This document shows, piece by piece, positions 17,044 to 26,153 of a stretch of DNA of 64,000 bases; position 1 is the stretch's first letter; each line of letters starts with the position of its first letter. Below the pieces are notes generated by a model that saw only the letters and a list, made by a program, of their open reading frames with translations, was not told where the DNA came from and did not search any database. Made by a program: the position numbers and the translations under genes. Source of the stretch: an uncultured Alteromonadaceae bacterium (GTDB taxonomy: Bacteria > Pseudomonadota > Gammaproteobacteria > Enterobacterales > Alteromonadaceae); NCBI GenBank assembly GCA_950073835.1, contig CATMRP010000001.1, forward strand, positions 14,164-78,163, in the 5' to 3' direction.

Positions 17044-20022
17044 TTAAAATGTATAACGCATACCCAGGTTATACCGCGGCGAAGACTGCCTTAAGTTAAT
17101 CAGCATTTGCTCGTGCCGACCATGCTGACGCTGATACTCATTGGTCAGATTAATGCCTTCGGCGAACACCGCCAGGTTTTCGGTTACGTTATAACTGACG
17201 TTGACATCCCACTGACCATAGGCTTCGGTGTAAACCGGGTTGTCGCCGGAGCCATCACCAATCCAGGCCAGAAACTTGTCGCGCCAGTTGTAGGCAATCC
17301 GTACCGATAACTCATCGTTCTCATAGAAGGCGATAAAGTTGGCGGAGTCAGATAAACCGGTTAGCGCGTACTGCGGCTCCAGCGAGGCGTTGTCGTAATA
17401 CAAATCACCGTCTACCAGGGTGCCGTTCACGTTTACGCCAAAACCGGAATCCCAGAACATATGCTGAACCGCCAACTCCCAGCCATGCACGTTGTTATCT
17501 CGCTGGTTGTAGGGAATGGTGATCTCGAACTGAGCCAGTTCGTCTTCCGGGCTGGCATCAATTACCACATCGCCATGCTCGTTAAGATAGACGTTGGGAT
17601 CGCTGTCCAGGTAGTTGTCCAGAATGTACTGACGAATTTCGCCGTTACCGGTAAAGCCTGCAGCGCGCGCAGCATCTGCTCTTGGGCCCTGGGCCGGGTT
17701 ACGCAGGCCAAAGGCCGTTTCGGTGATGGTGCGTCGACCTACAAAGTTTTCTACGTCTTTGTTAAACCAGCCAATGGCCGCATAACTTGCTTCTTCGTAG
17801 TACCACTCAAGCGACAGGTCGTAGTTGGTTGACTCCAGTGGCAATAAGGCCGGGTTACCCCGTGAGCCGGAACCCTGAATGGTTGTGATCTGGCCGCCCA
17901 GGGTCTTACCGCCCTGCATATCACCGTAGCTGGGTCGAGAAATGGTTTTGCTGTAGGAAGCGCGGGCAACAATATCGTCGGTCAGCTCAACCTTAAAGTC
18001 GATGCTTGGCAACAAATTGTCGTAGTCGCCGTATTCGTCGGTAAATACCGAGTCGCCGGTAGGCTGTAAAACCAGTTCATTCGTACTGCTCCAGGAAATG
18101 CCGTCGTAACTGGGCACCAGTGCTGAGGCATGGGTATCGGTTTTCTCGTAGCGTAAGCCAGTAACAATGTTGGCTGGCATATCGCCAATATCAAATACCA
18201 GGTTTGCCTGGACATAGGCCGAGGTCATTTCTTCGTCGGTGTAGCGGTCGGTAGTATAGTTGGTGCCGCCACAGAAGCGCGGTCCGCAAGGCCATTCTAC
18301 GGCGTTTTCATTGTAGAAATTTGCCGCCGTGAAGTCGGCTATCTGGACGAAATCCCAGTCGATAAAATACGGTTCAAGATCCGGATCACTATGACCGGGA
18401 ATGTTGTCGAACATGGCAGACAGTGAACGCTGGGTAAACCAGCTGTCTTGCCAGTCTTCCGGCTCACCAACACCGCTCCAGGTACCCCGCGTGGCGCTGG
18501 CATATTTGGAGTGGTTATTGGCTTCGGTACGGGCAATCCCGAAATCGATACTTTCAATAAAGCCGGTGTCAAAGGTATAGGTACCGCTAGCCTGGAATTG
18601 TTCCAAATCAGTACGCTCATGGTTATTACCAAAGTTACTGCCGGCACCAATCATATCGGCTGGCTCAAAACCGTCTACCCCTTCCGGGTACTCAATACTA
18701 AGAACAGGCAGGACTTGCGAGAAATCCACGGTAGTACGAATACGGTTGTTGGAGATCATCGCCAGTGAGCCCCAGCTGCCATAGGGGCTGTTAGGTTCGT
18801 GCCTGGCTGAAGCTGTATGGTAGTCGAATTCCAGGAACAGATTGTCGCTGAGCTGGTATTGAAGGTTCAGACCAAGGGAGTTGTTGGTATTTTTGGTGGC
18901 CGAGAAACCACGACCGGAGTTAATACCGATGCCTTCACCGCGCTGCACGTCGTCACTGTAGTTATCGGTATCCTGATACTGGATAGGATAAGCCACCCCT
19001 TCGCTATTGGGTTCCGACCACACCATGGTGGCGTTGTTATAATTGAACGAGAACCAGGTCGACATGTCGGTTAGTTCACGGTCGATACTGCGCTCTGAGT
19101 AGGTATAGTCCAGCCGGGCTTTGAGTTTGTCGGTGGCCTGATATTCCAGGGTTAGCTGGCCATTGATACGGGTTCGGTAAGCTTCGTTAAACTGATAAAC
19201 CAGGTTTTGTGGGACCGCATACGTCACCCCGTCGGCGGGCTTGTTTAAATAGGAATTATCCGGATCTTCGGCGGGCAGATTTCCCCAGCCGCCTTCATCC
19301 TGACCGGCAATAAACGAACGCCAGCCAGCCCCTACCGAAGCATTGCTGTTACCGCTATCGCGTTTTTGGTAACTGCCGGTTAACGACACGCCAAACTTAT
19401 CATCCAGGAAAGTCTCTGAATAAAGGCCCGAAAGTTCTGGCGTCCAGGTGTCGCCGCGTTGGGTTGAGTCATCGTTGACGGCCTTAAAGCCAATACTGGC
19501 CTGGCGACCAGGGGTAGCCAACGGTCGCGGAGTAATAATATTGATGGTGCCGCCCAGGCCGCCGGTAGCGATGGAGGCACGCCCGGTTTTATAGACTTCT
19601 ACCGCACTGACGCCTTCCGAGGCGAGGTCGGCAAAGTCAAAGGAGCGGGTAGGTGTTGGCATCTGGCGGCCATTTAGCAGTACCAGGTTTCTGTCGGCGC
19701 CAAAGCCGCGGATGGTCACGCGACTACCCTCGCCGTCTGAACGGTCGATGGATACACCGGTGATCCGTTGTAAGGACTCAGCTAAGTTAGTATCCGGAAA
19801 CTTACCAATATCTTCAGCCGAAATAGCTTCGACAACCCCATCACCAGACCGTTTAATATCCATAGCGCGGATCATACTGCCGCGGATACCACTGACCTCG
19901 ATTATTTCAACGGTATCGTCAGTGGTTTGTTGTTGTGCCTGAGTGGTAGAGATCATCGCCGAACTTAATACCAGCGACACCGATAGGGCGACCTGGCTTT
20001 TGGTAAAGGGGCGAGTTTTCAT
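17044..20022 (-). CDS. TonB-dependent receptor (carbohydrate-uptake type)
   Basis: Signal peptide, TonB box IIEVSG, plug ISAEDIGKFPDTNLAESLQRITGV, RGNPALLP, C-terminal RYTF; start ATG 20022 after GGGAG. Confidence 0.95.
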   Translation of the reverse strand: MKTRPFTKSQVALSVSLVLSSAMISTTQAQQQTTDDTVEIIEVSGIRGSMIRAMDIKRSGDGVVEAISAEDIGKFPDTNLAESLQRITGVSIDRSDGEGSRVTIRGFGADRNLVLLNGRQMPTPTRSFDFADLASEGVSAVEVYKTGRASIATGGLGGTINIITPRPLATPGRQASIGFKAVNDDSTQRGDTWTPELSGLYSETFLDDKFGVSLTGSYQKRDSGNSNASVGAGWRSFIAGQDEGGWGNLPAEDPDNSYLNKPADGVTYAVPQNLVYQFNEAYRTRINGQLTLEYQATDKLKARLDYTYSERSIDRELTDMSTWFSFNYNNATMVWSEPNSEGVAYPIQYQDTDNYSDDVQRGEGIGINSGRGFSATKNTNNSLGLNLQYQLSDNLFLEFDYHTASARHEPNSPYGSWGSLAMISNNRIRTTVDFSQVLPVLSIEYPEGVDGFEPADMIGAGSNFGNNHERTDLEQFQASGTYTFDTGFIESIDFGIARTEANNHSKYASATRGTWSGVGEPEDWQDSWFTQRSLSAMFDNIPGHSDPDLEPYFIDWDFVQIADFTAANFYNENAVEWPCGPRFCGGTNYTTDRYTDEEMTSAYVQANLVFDIGDMPANIVTGLRYEKTDTHASALVPSYDGISWSSTNELVLQPTGDSVFTDEYGDYDNLLPSIDFKVELTDDIVARASYSKTISRPSYGDMQGGKTLGGQITTIQGSGSRGNPALLPLESTNYDLSLEWYYEEASYAAIGWFNKDVENFVGRRTITETAFGLRNPAQGPRADAARAAGFTGNGEIRQYILDNYLDSDPNVYLNEHGDVVIDASPEDELAQFEITIPYNQRDNNVHGWELAVQHMFWDSGFGVNVNGTLVDGDLYYDNASLEPQYALTGLSDSANFIAFYENDELSVRIAYNWRDKFLAWIGDGSGDNPVYTEAYGQWDVNVSYNVTENLAVFAEGINLTNEYQRQHGRHEQMLINLRQSSPRYNLGMRYTF

Positions 20023-20165
20023 TATTTTCTCCCTTGCGCTAGCTTGGTTGTTGTGCTCGTGTTGTATGCAACTGCTCAACTTTTCATTAACATCTTTGAA
20101 AAGTATGGCGAAGCCTAACGCCGGGCTGAGCGGATGTCGTTTTAATCACTCTGGATCCGTAAATA

Positions 20166-20198
20166 CGAACGTTCTGATTCTCGATGCGAACGTTCTGA
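20166..20198. promoter_or_regulatory. Tandem candidate operator upstream of TBDR
   Basis: Exact 12-bp direct repeat CGAACGTTCTGA at 20166 and 20187 (21-bp period). Confidence 0.7.
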
Positions 20199-20415
20199 AC
20201 TTTTCAATCTGTTGATATTAAAAGAGTTATACTTATTTGAAGGTGGCAGGGTAAAGTGGCCTGAAAGTGGATTGCCTGGGCAAGCAGAGGCTTGAATCAG
20301 TGGGATATTGACAGCGAGTGGGCGCGGTTGCGATAACAATGTTAAAGAAAGGGGAATATTCGCGGGCAGTTTGCATGCCAGGTTACCGGTAATCCGGCAA
20401 CCTGTGAAAAGAGGC

Positions 20416-22971
20416 TTACTGACAGTGAATCGTGGCAGACGTTGCCGCTTCGGGCTGTAGCCTGACATTGGCTACCGACAGCTTAACTGCACCTGCAGAC
20501 TCCAGCATAAACGGTGCGGTGATATTGGTTAACTCGGCGCCAGCATTCACCAGGCACTGTAAATCAACCGATAGCTCATGCCATTCATTGCTAGTAAGGC
20601 CTGTCAGCGTCGATTGAATATCCACACTGCCGCGACAGTTATCACCACAAAGCATGCCAAGGGCCACAGAACTATCGGGAGCCTGTGATACCTTAATATC
20701 AAGCGTCAGCGCGCTGTGGCTTGCAAGGTACTCGGCAAGGGTTTTTGGTTCACTCCATCCCAGATAAGCCCGGGCAAGACTATTCCCCTGCCAGGTCAGT
20801 TCGCGGGCATCTTCCTGAACCGCCATATTTTCGGTTCTGAGCGTCAGATTATCAGAACCCTGAGTGGTAACCACGCTGGTGGCAACCGGTACAGCCCAGC
20901 TCGCCTTATCGCCTAAAAAGAATGCCAGATCAGCTTGTGCAACGGTGCGAAAGAGTGCCATTGGTTGGCTGTAGTCTTTCACCAGAGGGTTGGCGGCCAC
21001 TTCGTTTAGGGTCAGACTGACCGTACTTCTATCACCGTAAGACAGGCCAAAACCGTATTCAAATAAGGGAGCGTAGTGCTTATCGCCTTTATTTAACACC
21101 CCCTGATCGTCCAGCGCTGGCCACGAGTAGGAAAGTCTGCCGGTAAAGTCATGCTGCATATTGCCTTTGTTATCTGTAAATAACACATCGGCAACTCCAC
21201 TGCCTTCTGAGCCGGGTAGCCAGGCCACTACAAAGGCATCAGAAGCATTTAATTCGGCATTAACCCATAACGGGCGGCCGGTTAAAAATACTGAAACTAC
21301 CGGGATCCCCTGCGCTTTAAGGCGTTTGAGTAATGCCAGGTCGCGCTTATTACCGCGTTGGTATTCAATACTTTCAATGTCGCCGGCACCTTCCGCATAA
21401 GGGTTTTCGCCAAAGACCACAATAGCCACATCGGGTGCTTGCTGAAAGGTACCGTCAGGTGCCAACTCGGCGCGGCCGCCGGCCTTCTCAACCTGAGCCT
21501 GAATACCGTCGAATATTGAACTGCCACCCGGAAAATCAGCGTTTTCATTGCCGGTGCCTTGCCATGTAATCGTCCAGCCACCGGATTGTTTACCAATGTT
21601 GTTGGCGCCTGACCCGGCAACCAGCACGTGCTGAGCCGGAGCAAGAGGCAGTAATTGTTGATGGTTTTTGAGTAATACCAGTGATTTGCGCACTGCCTCA
21701 CGGGCAATCTTACGATGTGTATCACTGCCGATCAGTGCTTGTTTACCGGCCAGACCGCGGGCTTTCGGTGCGACACCATCAAATAAACCCGCGCGAAACT
21801 TCACCCGTAATATGCGTCGAACCGCATCGTCGAGACGGCTCATGCTAATTTCACCGCTGTTCACCTGGGCCACGGTATTGTGAAACATGGCTTGCCAGTT
21901 GGTGGGAACCATGATGATGTCTACTCCGGCGTTAATTGCCTGTGCACAACTACTGTTACTGCAACCGGGAACCTGGCCGTGACCATCCCAGTCGCCAACC
22001 ACTAAGCCATCGAATCCCATCTGGTTTTTCAATATATCAGTGAGCATGGTCTGGTTGCCATGCATCTTAGTGCCGTGCCAACTGTTGAACGACGCCATAA
22101 TGGTTTGTACGCCCGCTTCGATGGCGGCTATATAACCCTGAGCGTGGATGTTGATGAGCGCCTGTTCCGAAGCAAGGTTGTTGCCCTGATCAATGCCGTG
22201 CTGAGTGCCACCGTCACCGAGAAAATGCTTTGCGGTAGCAATCGCCTTGTGATCATTTAAAAAGCTCTCGCCGGGCACGCCCTGAATACCTCGGACCATA
22301 GCAGAGGCATAGTCACGTACTAAGGCCGGATCTTCTGAGTAGCCCTCATAGGTGCGCCCCCAGCGGTCGTCGCGAACAACCGCCACGGTGGGCGCAAACA
22401 GCCAGTCAATGCCGGTTACGCGCACTGCGGTTGCGGTAGCAGCACCGATTTGTTCCATCAGTTCAGCATCATGCATGGCGCCAAGGCCAATATTGTGCGG
22501 AAAAATGGTCGCGCCAATTACGTTATTGTGGCCGTGAACCGCGTCTGTTCCCCACATGGTGGGAATGGTACTGCCATCGAGCGTGTCGTCTACCGAAGCC
22601 GCATACATCTTATCGGCTAATGTCACCCAGTCTTCCATGCTGGCGTACTTGTCATTATTAGGAAATGCGCCGCCGCCATTCAGGTAGGAGCCAAACCCAT
22701 ACTCGCGCATCTCAGCTACGGTAAAGTCGCGGATCTCTGGTTGTATCATCTGCGCCACTTTTTGCTCAATGGTCATGGTAGTGAGCAAGGTATTGATTTG
22801 CGCTTCGGTGTGCGGATCCTGGCTAACCGGGCTGGTAACTTTTGGCCACTTGTGCGGATGAAGAATCCCTACAGAGGGATTCTCCGGAGGTGAGGAAGAC
22901 GGCGAACAAGCCGATATTACCAGTATCAGGCTCGCGGCGATAACACCTTGTGTAAGCGATGCTGTTGCCAA
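20416..22971 (-). CDS. GH3 beta-glucosidase / exo-1,3(1,4)-beta-glucanase lipoprotein with extra C-terminal domain (ExoP-like)
   Basis: Lipobox ISAC; GTDAVHG, FPHNIGLGA, WGRTYEGYSED, ATAKHFLGDG, nucleophile VVGDW, FGENPYAE; likely TTG start at 22971 after AAGGAG (ORF track gives 22995). Confidence 0.93.
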   Translation of the reverse strand: MATASLTQGVIAASLILVISACSPSSSPPENPSVGILHPHKWPKVTSPVSQDPHTEAQINTLLTTMTIEQKVAQMIQPEIRDFTVAEMREYGFGSYLNGGGAFPNNDKYASMEDWVTLADKMYAASVDDTLDGSTIPTMWGTDAVHGHNNVIGATIFPHNIGLGAMHDAELMEQIGAATATAVRVTGIDWLFAPTVAVVRDDRWGRTYEGYSEDPALVRDYASAMVRGIQGVPGESFLNDHKAIATAKHFLGDGGTQHGIDQGNNLASEQALINIHAQGYIAAIEAGVQTIMASFNSWHGTKMHGNQTMLTDILKNQMGFDGLVVGDWDGHGQVPGCSNSSCAQAINAGVDIIMVPTNWQAMFHNTVAQVNSGEISMSRLDDAVRRILRVKFRAGLFDGVAPKARGLAGKQALIGSDTHRKIAREAVRKSLVLLKNHQQLLPLAPAQHVLVAGSGANNIGKQSGGWTITWQGTGNENADFPGGSSIFDGIQAQVEKAGGRAELAPDGTFQQAPDVAIVVFGENPYAEGAGDIESIEYQRGNKRDLALLKRLKAQGIPVVSVFLTGRPLWVNAELNASDAFVVAWLPGSEGSGVADVLFTDNKGNMQHDFTGRLSYSWPALDDQGVLNKGDKHYAPLFEYGFGLSYGDRSTVSLTLNEVAANPLVKDYSQPMALFRTVAQADLAFFLGDKASWAVPVATSVVTTQGSDNLTLRTENMAVQEDARELTWQGNSLARAYLGWSEPKTLAEYLASHSALTLDIKVSQAPDSSVALGMLCGDNCRGSVDIQSTLTGLTSNEWHELSVDLQCLVNAGAELTNITAPFMLESAGAVKLSVANVRLQPEAATSATIHCQ

Positions 22972-23092
22972 AATATGCTCCTTAAGTTTTATCATTTAAA
23001 TGTGGATGCTGCGCTCACAGCGTTAAAAGAGGCTAAGCAGTGTAGGGGGTCGCGCACGGGAAGTCGTTTACAGGGGAGCGGTTGGCGTAACT

Positions 23093-23230
23093 CGAACGTT
23101 CTTTTTTGGGGAGAACTGGTAATGCTATGAATATTATGAACTTTTTGGTGTTGGGTGCGGGCGTTGAAAGTGCCTTTGGTTAGAGCCGGTTATGCCACAA
23201 TAGCGCAGTTAGCGCTTAGGCGAACGTTCG
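23093..23230. promoter_or_regulatory. Two candidate operators in divergent GH3/AraC intergenic region
   Basis: CGAACGTTCT at 23093 and the perfect palindrome CGAACGTTCG at 23221. Confidence 0.6.
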
Positions 23231-23333
23231 TCTCGGCGATTTTGGCTGTTTTCTGTGTTTGATTTCAGCAGGGAGAGTCGATAATATTCCGATCTCTTAA
23301 CACAATAATAACAAGCTTCGGGCGCTGCACAGA

Positions 23334-24485
23334 ATGGATAAAACCCTGTTCAATCTACATGACTTAGTGTTGCTGCTAATTGCTTTTGAATGCCTGGCTG
23401 TGTCTGTTTATATTGGCTTTAATCGTCCTAAACAAAGTATACCCACTACCCTGCTGATTGCGTTTTTTGCTGTGCATGCCGGGATCGCCCTGAATGAGCT
23501 GGTGTTGTGGGGCAGTACGTTCCGTTACTGGGTGCTGGAAGCCTCCCCTAACTTTTTCTTCATACTCGATTTTACTTACTGGCTGGACGGCCCGCTGTTG
23601 TTTTTGTTTATTGGCGCGATTTCCCGCAATCATTTCCGGTGGCAGCGCTGGCATGCGGCGCTGGCCGCGCCGGTGCTAATGTTTGCCGTGTTTATTTATT
23701 TTCATTTCTACGCGTTGTCCTTTGAGCAAAAATACGCCCTGATAAAAGACTACACCTTCGCTGATTTTAATTATGTGCTGGTCGATTTTATCGCCAAAAT
23801 GACCCGGGTCGTTTTTGCTGGTCTGTCAGTTTATTATTTACACAAGGCCGAACCGCAGGTCACTCAAAAATTCAACGTGCCCCAATGGCTGCCCAAAGTA
23901 TTGATGGCCTTTACCGGTATTCTGATTTGGGAAATGCTGTTAAGTATGCTGAAGGTGTATCACTCGCTCTACGTTTTACCTAATTACGACATTGTTGAGT
24001 ATGTAGGGCTTGCTTCCTACTACATGCAGTTTGCCCTGATCAATGCGGTATTGTTTATGGCGGCTTCGCACTTTTTAAGTGCCGGGACCATCAAGCCTAA
24101 ACCGGCAGAAAAAGAGCCGGTCAACATGGCGATTGTGGAAAAGCTGGAGGCAACCATGAAAGCGGAACAGCCCTATCTCAATCAAAATTTATCCTTTGAA
24201 CGGCTGGCCGAAAAGCTGGATATTCCGGTCAAAGAGCTTTCCAACACCATCAACCGTTATTACGAAGTCAATTTCTACGAGTTTATTAATAACTACCGGA
24301 TCCTGGAGGCAAAGCGCCTGCTGGAGGATCCGGAGCAGTTTGATAAAAGTATTACTGACGTGTTTTATGATGCCGGTTTTAATAGTAAATCGGTGTACAA
24401 CACTTTGTTTAAAAAACGTTTTAATAAAACGCCCAGTCAGTATCGCAAAGACTTTAAACAGCAACTGGCGAAACAAACCGCTTAA
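23334..24485 (+). CDS. AraC-family transcriptional regulator with multi-pass N-terminal membrane domain
   Basis: About 6-7 hydrophobic segments, then AraC HTH (YLNQNLS..LAEKLD, FYEFINNYRI, DAGFNSKSVYNTLFKKRFNKTPSQYR). Confidence 0.9.
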   Translation: MDKTLFNLHDLVLLLIAFECLAVSVYIGFNRPKQSIPTTLLIAFFAVHAGIALNELVLWGSTFRYWVLEASPNFFFILDFTYWLDGPLLFLFIGAISRNHFRWQRWHAALAAPVLMFAVFIYFHFYALSFEQKYALIKDYTFADFNYVLVDFIAKMTRVVFAGLSVYYLHKAEPQVTQKFNVPQWLPKVLMAFTGILIWEMLLSMLKVYHSLYVLPNYDIVEYVGLASYYMQFALINAVLFMAASHFLSAGTIKPKPAEKEPVNMAIVEKLEATMKAEQPYLNQNLSFERLAEKLDIPVKELSNTINRYYEVNFYEFINNYRILEAKRLLEDPEQFDKSITDVFYDAGFNSKSVYNTLFKKRFNKTPSQYRKDFKQQLAKQTA

Positions 24486-24676
24486 CATAATAAGCTTCAA
24501 CACAAGCCCACCGATAATACGCATAACAACGAAATTGCCGGTAGCTTGTTTCACTGATACCAACTGGTTAATCGCTACGGCGTTGTCATGTGGACTTGAT
24601 AACGTTTGATTGGCCGCTGGTTGCAATTGGCTTTAATACAATCCCTGAATTAAGCCGTTGTAAAGCTGTCAGGAAG

Positions 24677-24690
24677 GTTCTTATGTGAAA
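24677..24690. promoter_or_regulatory. Candidate IclR-type operator upstream of GH43
   Basis: GTTCTTATGTGAAA, two mismatches to TTTCATATNTGAAA. Confidence 0.4.
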
Positions 24691-24769
24691 CAATCCGGGG
24701 TTAGGTTTTGACAATCGGCCGATTTCAGTAAGAATTTGCCGGATAACCGGCATCAAGGACGTCTTCATT

Positions 24770-25756
24770 ATGGTCAGAATACTGTTTATTAGTCTCATTT
24801 TCAGCCTGCTGTTAACCGGCTGCCAGCCACAAAACAGAGCTGAACAAGCCGCCAGCGAAGTAATCACAGCCCAGCAACCTGGCAATAGCGAAAGAAGCGA
24901 CATTTTATTGTTTGCTTCGTTTCGGGGTAATGGTGAGGACGGACTGCACTTATCATATAGCGAAGATGGCCTTAACTGGACCGTCCTGAATAATGACGAA
25001 AGCGTTTTGGCCCCACAGGTTGGCACAAAATTAATGCGTGACCCGGTGATTATCCGCGGGCCGGATAATCGTTTTCACATGGTGTGGACGTCTGGCTGGG
25101 AAGACGCCGCCATAGGCTTTGCCCACTCTGATAATCTGCGTGACTGGAGCGAACAGGTATTAGTACCGGTAATGAAAGACTTTCCGACTGCAAAGAATGC
25201 CTGGGCACCAGAAATTTACTGGGATGACGCTACTCAGCAATACTGGATCTATTGGGCATCGACGATCCCGGGCACCTACCCGGACACCGAAAAGCAAGCC
25301 GACAAAGGCTGGGATCACCGCATATTTGCCACCACTACTAAAGATTTCACTACCTTCACACCAACTGAGTTATTCTACCAGCCCGGTTTTAATGTCATTG
25401 ATGCGGCGATTGTGAATACCGGGGAGAACTACACCATGTTGGTCAAAGATGAAACACGCTATCCGCCGGCCAAACACTTGCTGGTCGCAACCGCCAACAC
25501 TATTCACGGCCCCTGGCAGTTACAGCAAGCGCCTTTTTCGCCAGCTGATGTATGGGTTGAAGGCCCCGCCATTATTGAACTGGATGGTTGGTATTACGTG
25601 TATTTTGATCAGTATACAGAGCATAGTTTTGGGGTAATGCGCACCCGCGACTTTAAGGAATGGGAAGACCTGACCGAGCAATTAAATATGCCCCAGGGGA
25701 GTCGTCATGGTTCGATAGTGAAGATTACCCGCGAGGAACTGTCGGTATTAAGGTAA
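24770..25756 (+). CDS. GH43-like five-bladed beta-propeller glycosidase, lipoprotein
   Basis: Lipobox LTGC; MRDP, NAWAPE, VIDA, WVEGP catalytic-type motifs. Confidence 0.82.
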   Translation: MVRILFISLIFSLLLTGCQPQNRAEQAASEVITAQQPGNSERSDILLFASFRGNGEDGLHLSYSEDGLNWTVLNNDESVLAPQVGTKLMRDPVIIRGPDNRFHMVWTSGWEDAAIGFAHSDNLRDWSEQVLVPVMKDFPTAKNAWAPEIYWDDATQQYWIYWASTIPGTYPDTEKQADKGWDHRIFATTTKDFTTFTPTELFYQPGFNVIDAAIVNTGENYTMLVKDETRYPPAKHLLVATANTIHGPWQLQQAPFSPADVWVEGPAIIELDGWYYVYFDQYTEHSFGVMRTRDFKEWEDLTEQLNMPQGSRHGSIVKITREELSVLR

Positions 25757-25771
25757 GTCGATAGCTATAAT

Positions 25772-26039
25772 TAGGGGCTGTTGATCTTTGCTGTACGATT
25801 TTTGGTCTATATGAAAGCATTTTAATCGCGGAGCAGTCCTGAAGGCATAGTTGTTCTACGTCAAAGGGCTGTGACAATGAGTAAAATGCTTTCATGACGA
25901 CCCCTTCGGGCAGCGCCTGTGTATCATTTATACTGTGTTGACTGTTTTTGATTTAGCCCACTAGACCTGCAAACAGTCGCCTTGTCTAAATGATACACAG
26001 ACTGCTGCAAAAGTGTACAGCAAAGATCAACAGCCCCTA
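25772..26039. mobile_element. MITE-like 268-bp inverted-repeat element 1
   Basis: Perfect 25-bp TIR TAGGGGCTGTTGATCTTTGCTGTAC (25772-25796 / 26015-26039), TA at both ends, two internal 14-bp IRs (25811-25824/25882-25895; 25917-25930/25987-26000), no coding capacity. Confidence 0.8.
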
Positions 26040-26040
26040 G

Positions 26041-26054
26041 TTTCATATACGGGA
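26041..26054. promoter_or_regulatory. Candidate IclR-type operator upstream of CE12 operon
   Basis: TTTCATATACGGGA, left half matches the motif. Confidence 0.4.
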
Positions 26055-26153
26055 TATTTTATTGATATCTGATACGACGTAGTCATCGATTGTTTTCGTG
26101 ATTGAATCTGAGTGTTAATGTTTTTTACATTAGTTTAATTCAGGTTTTACAAT

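Noticed and set aside
13605-23230. GAACGTTC sites as GlpR operators (shared CGAAC/GTTCG pentamer)
   Set aside because: GlpR sites are TGTTCG-N4-CGAACA; these have the opposite half-site arrangement and spacing
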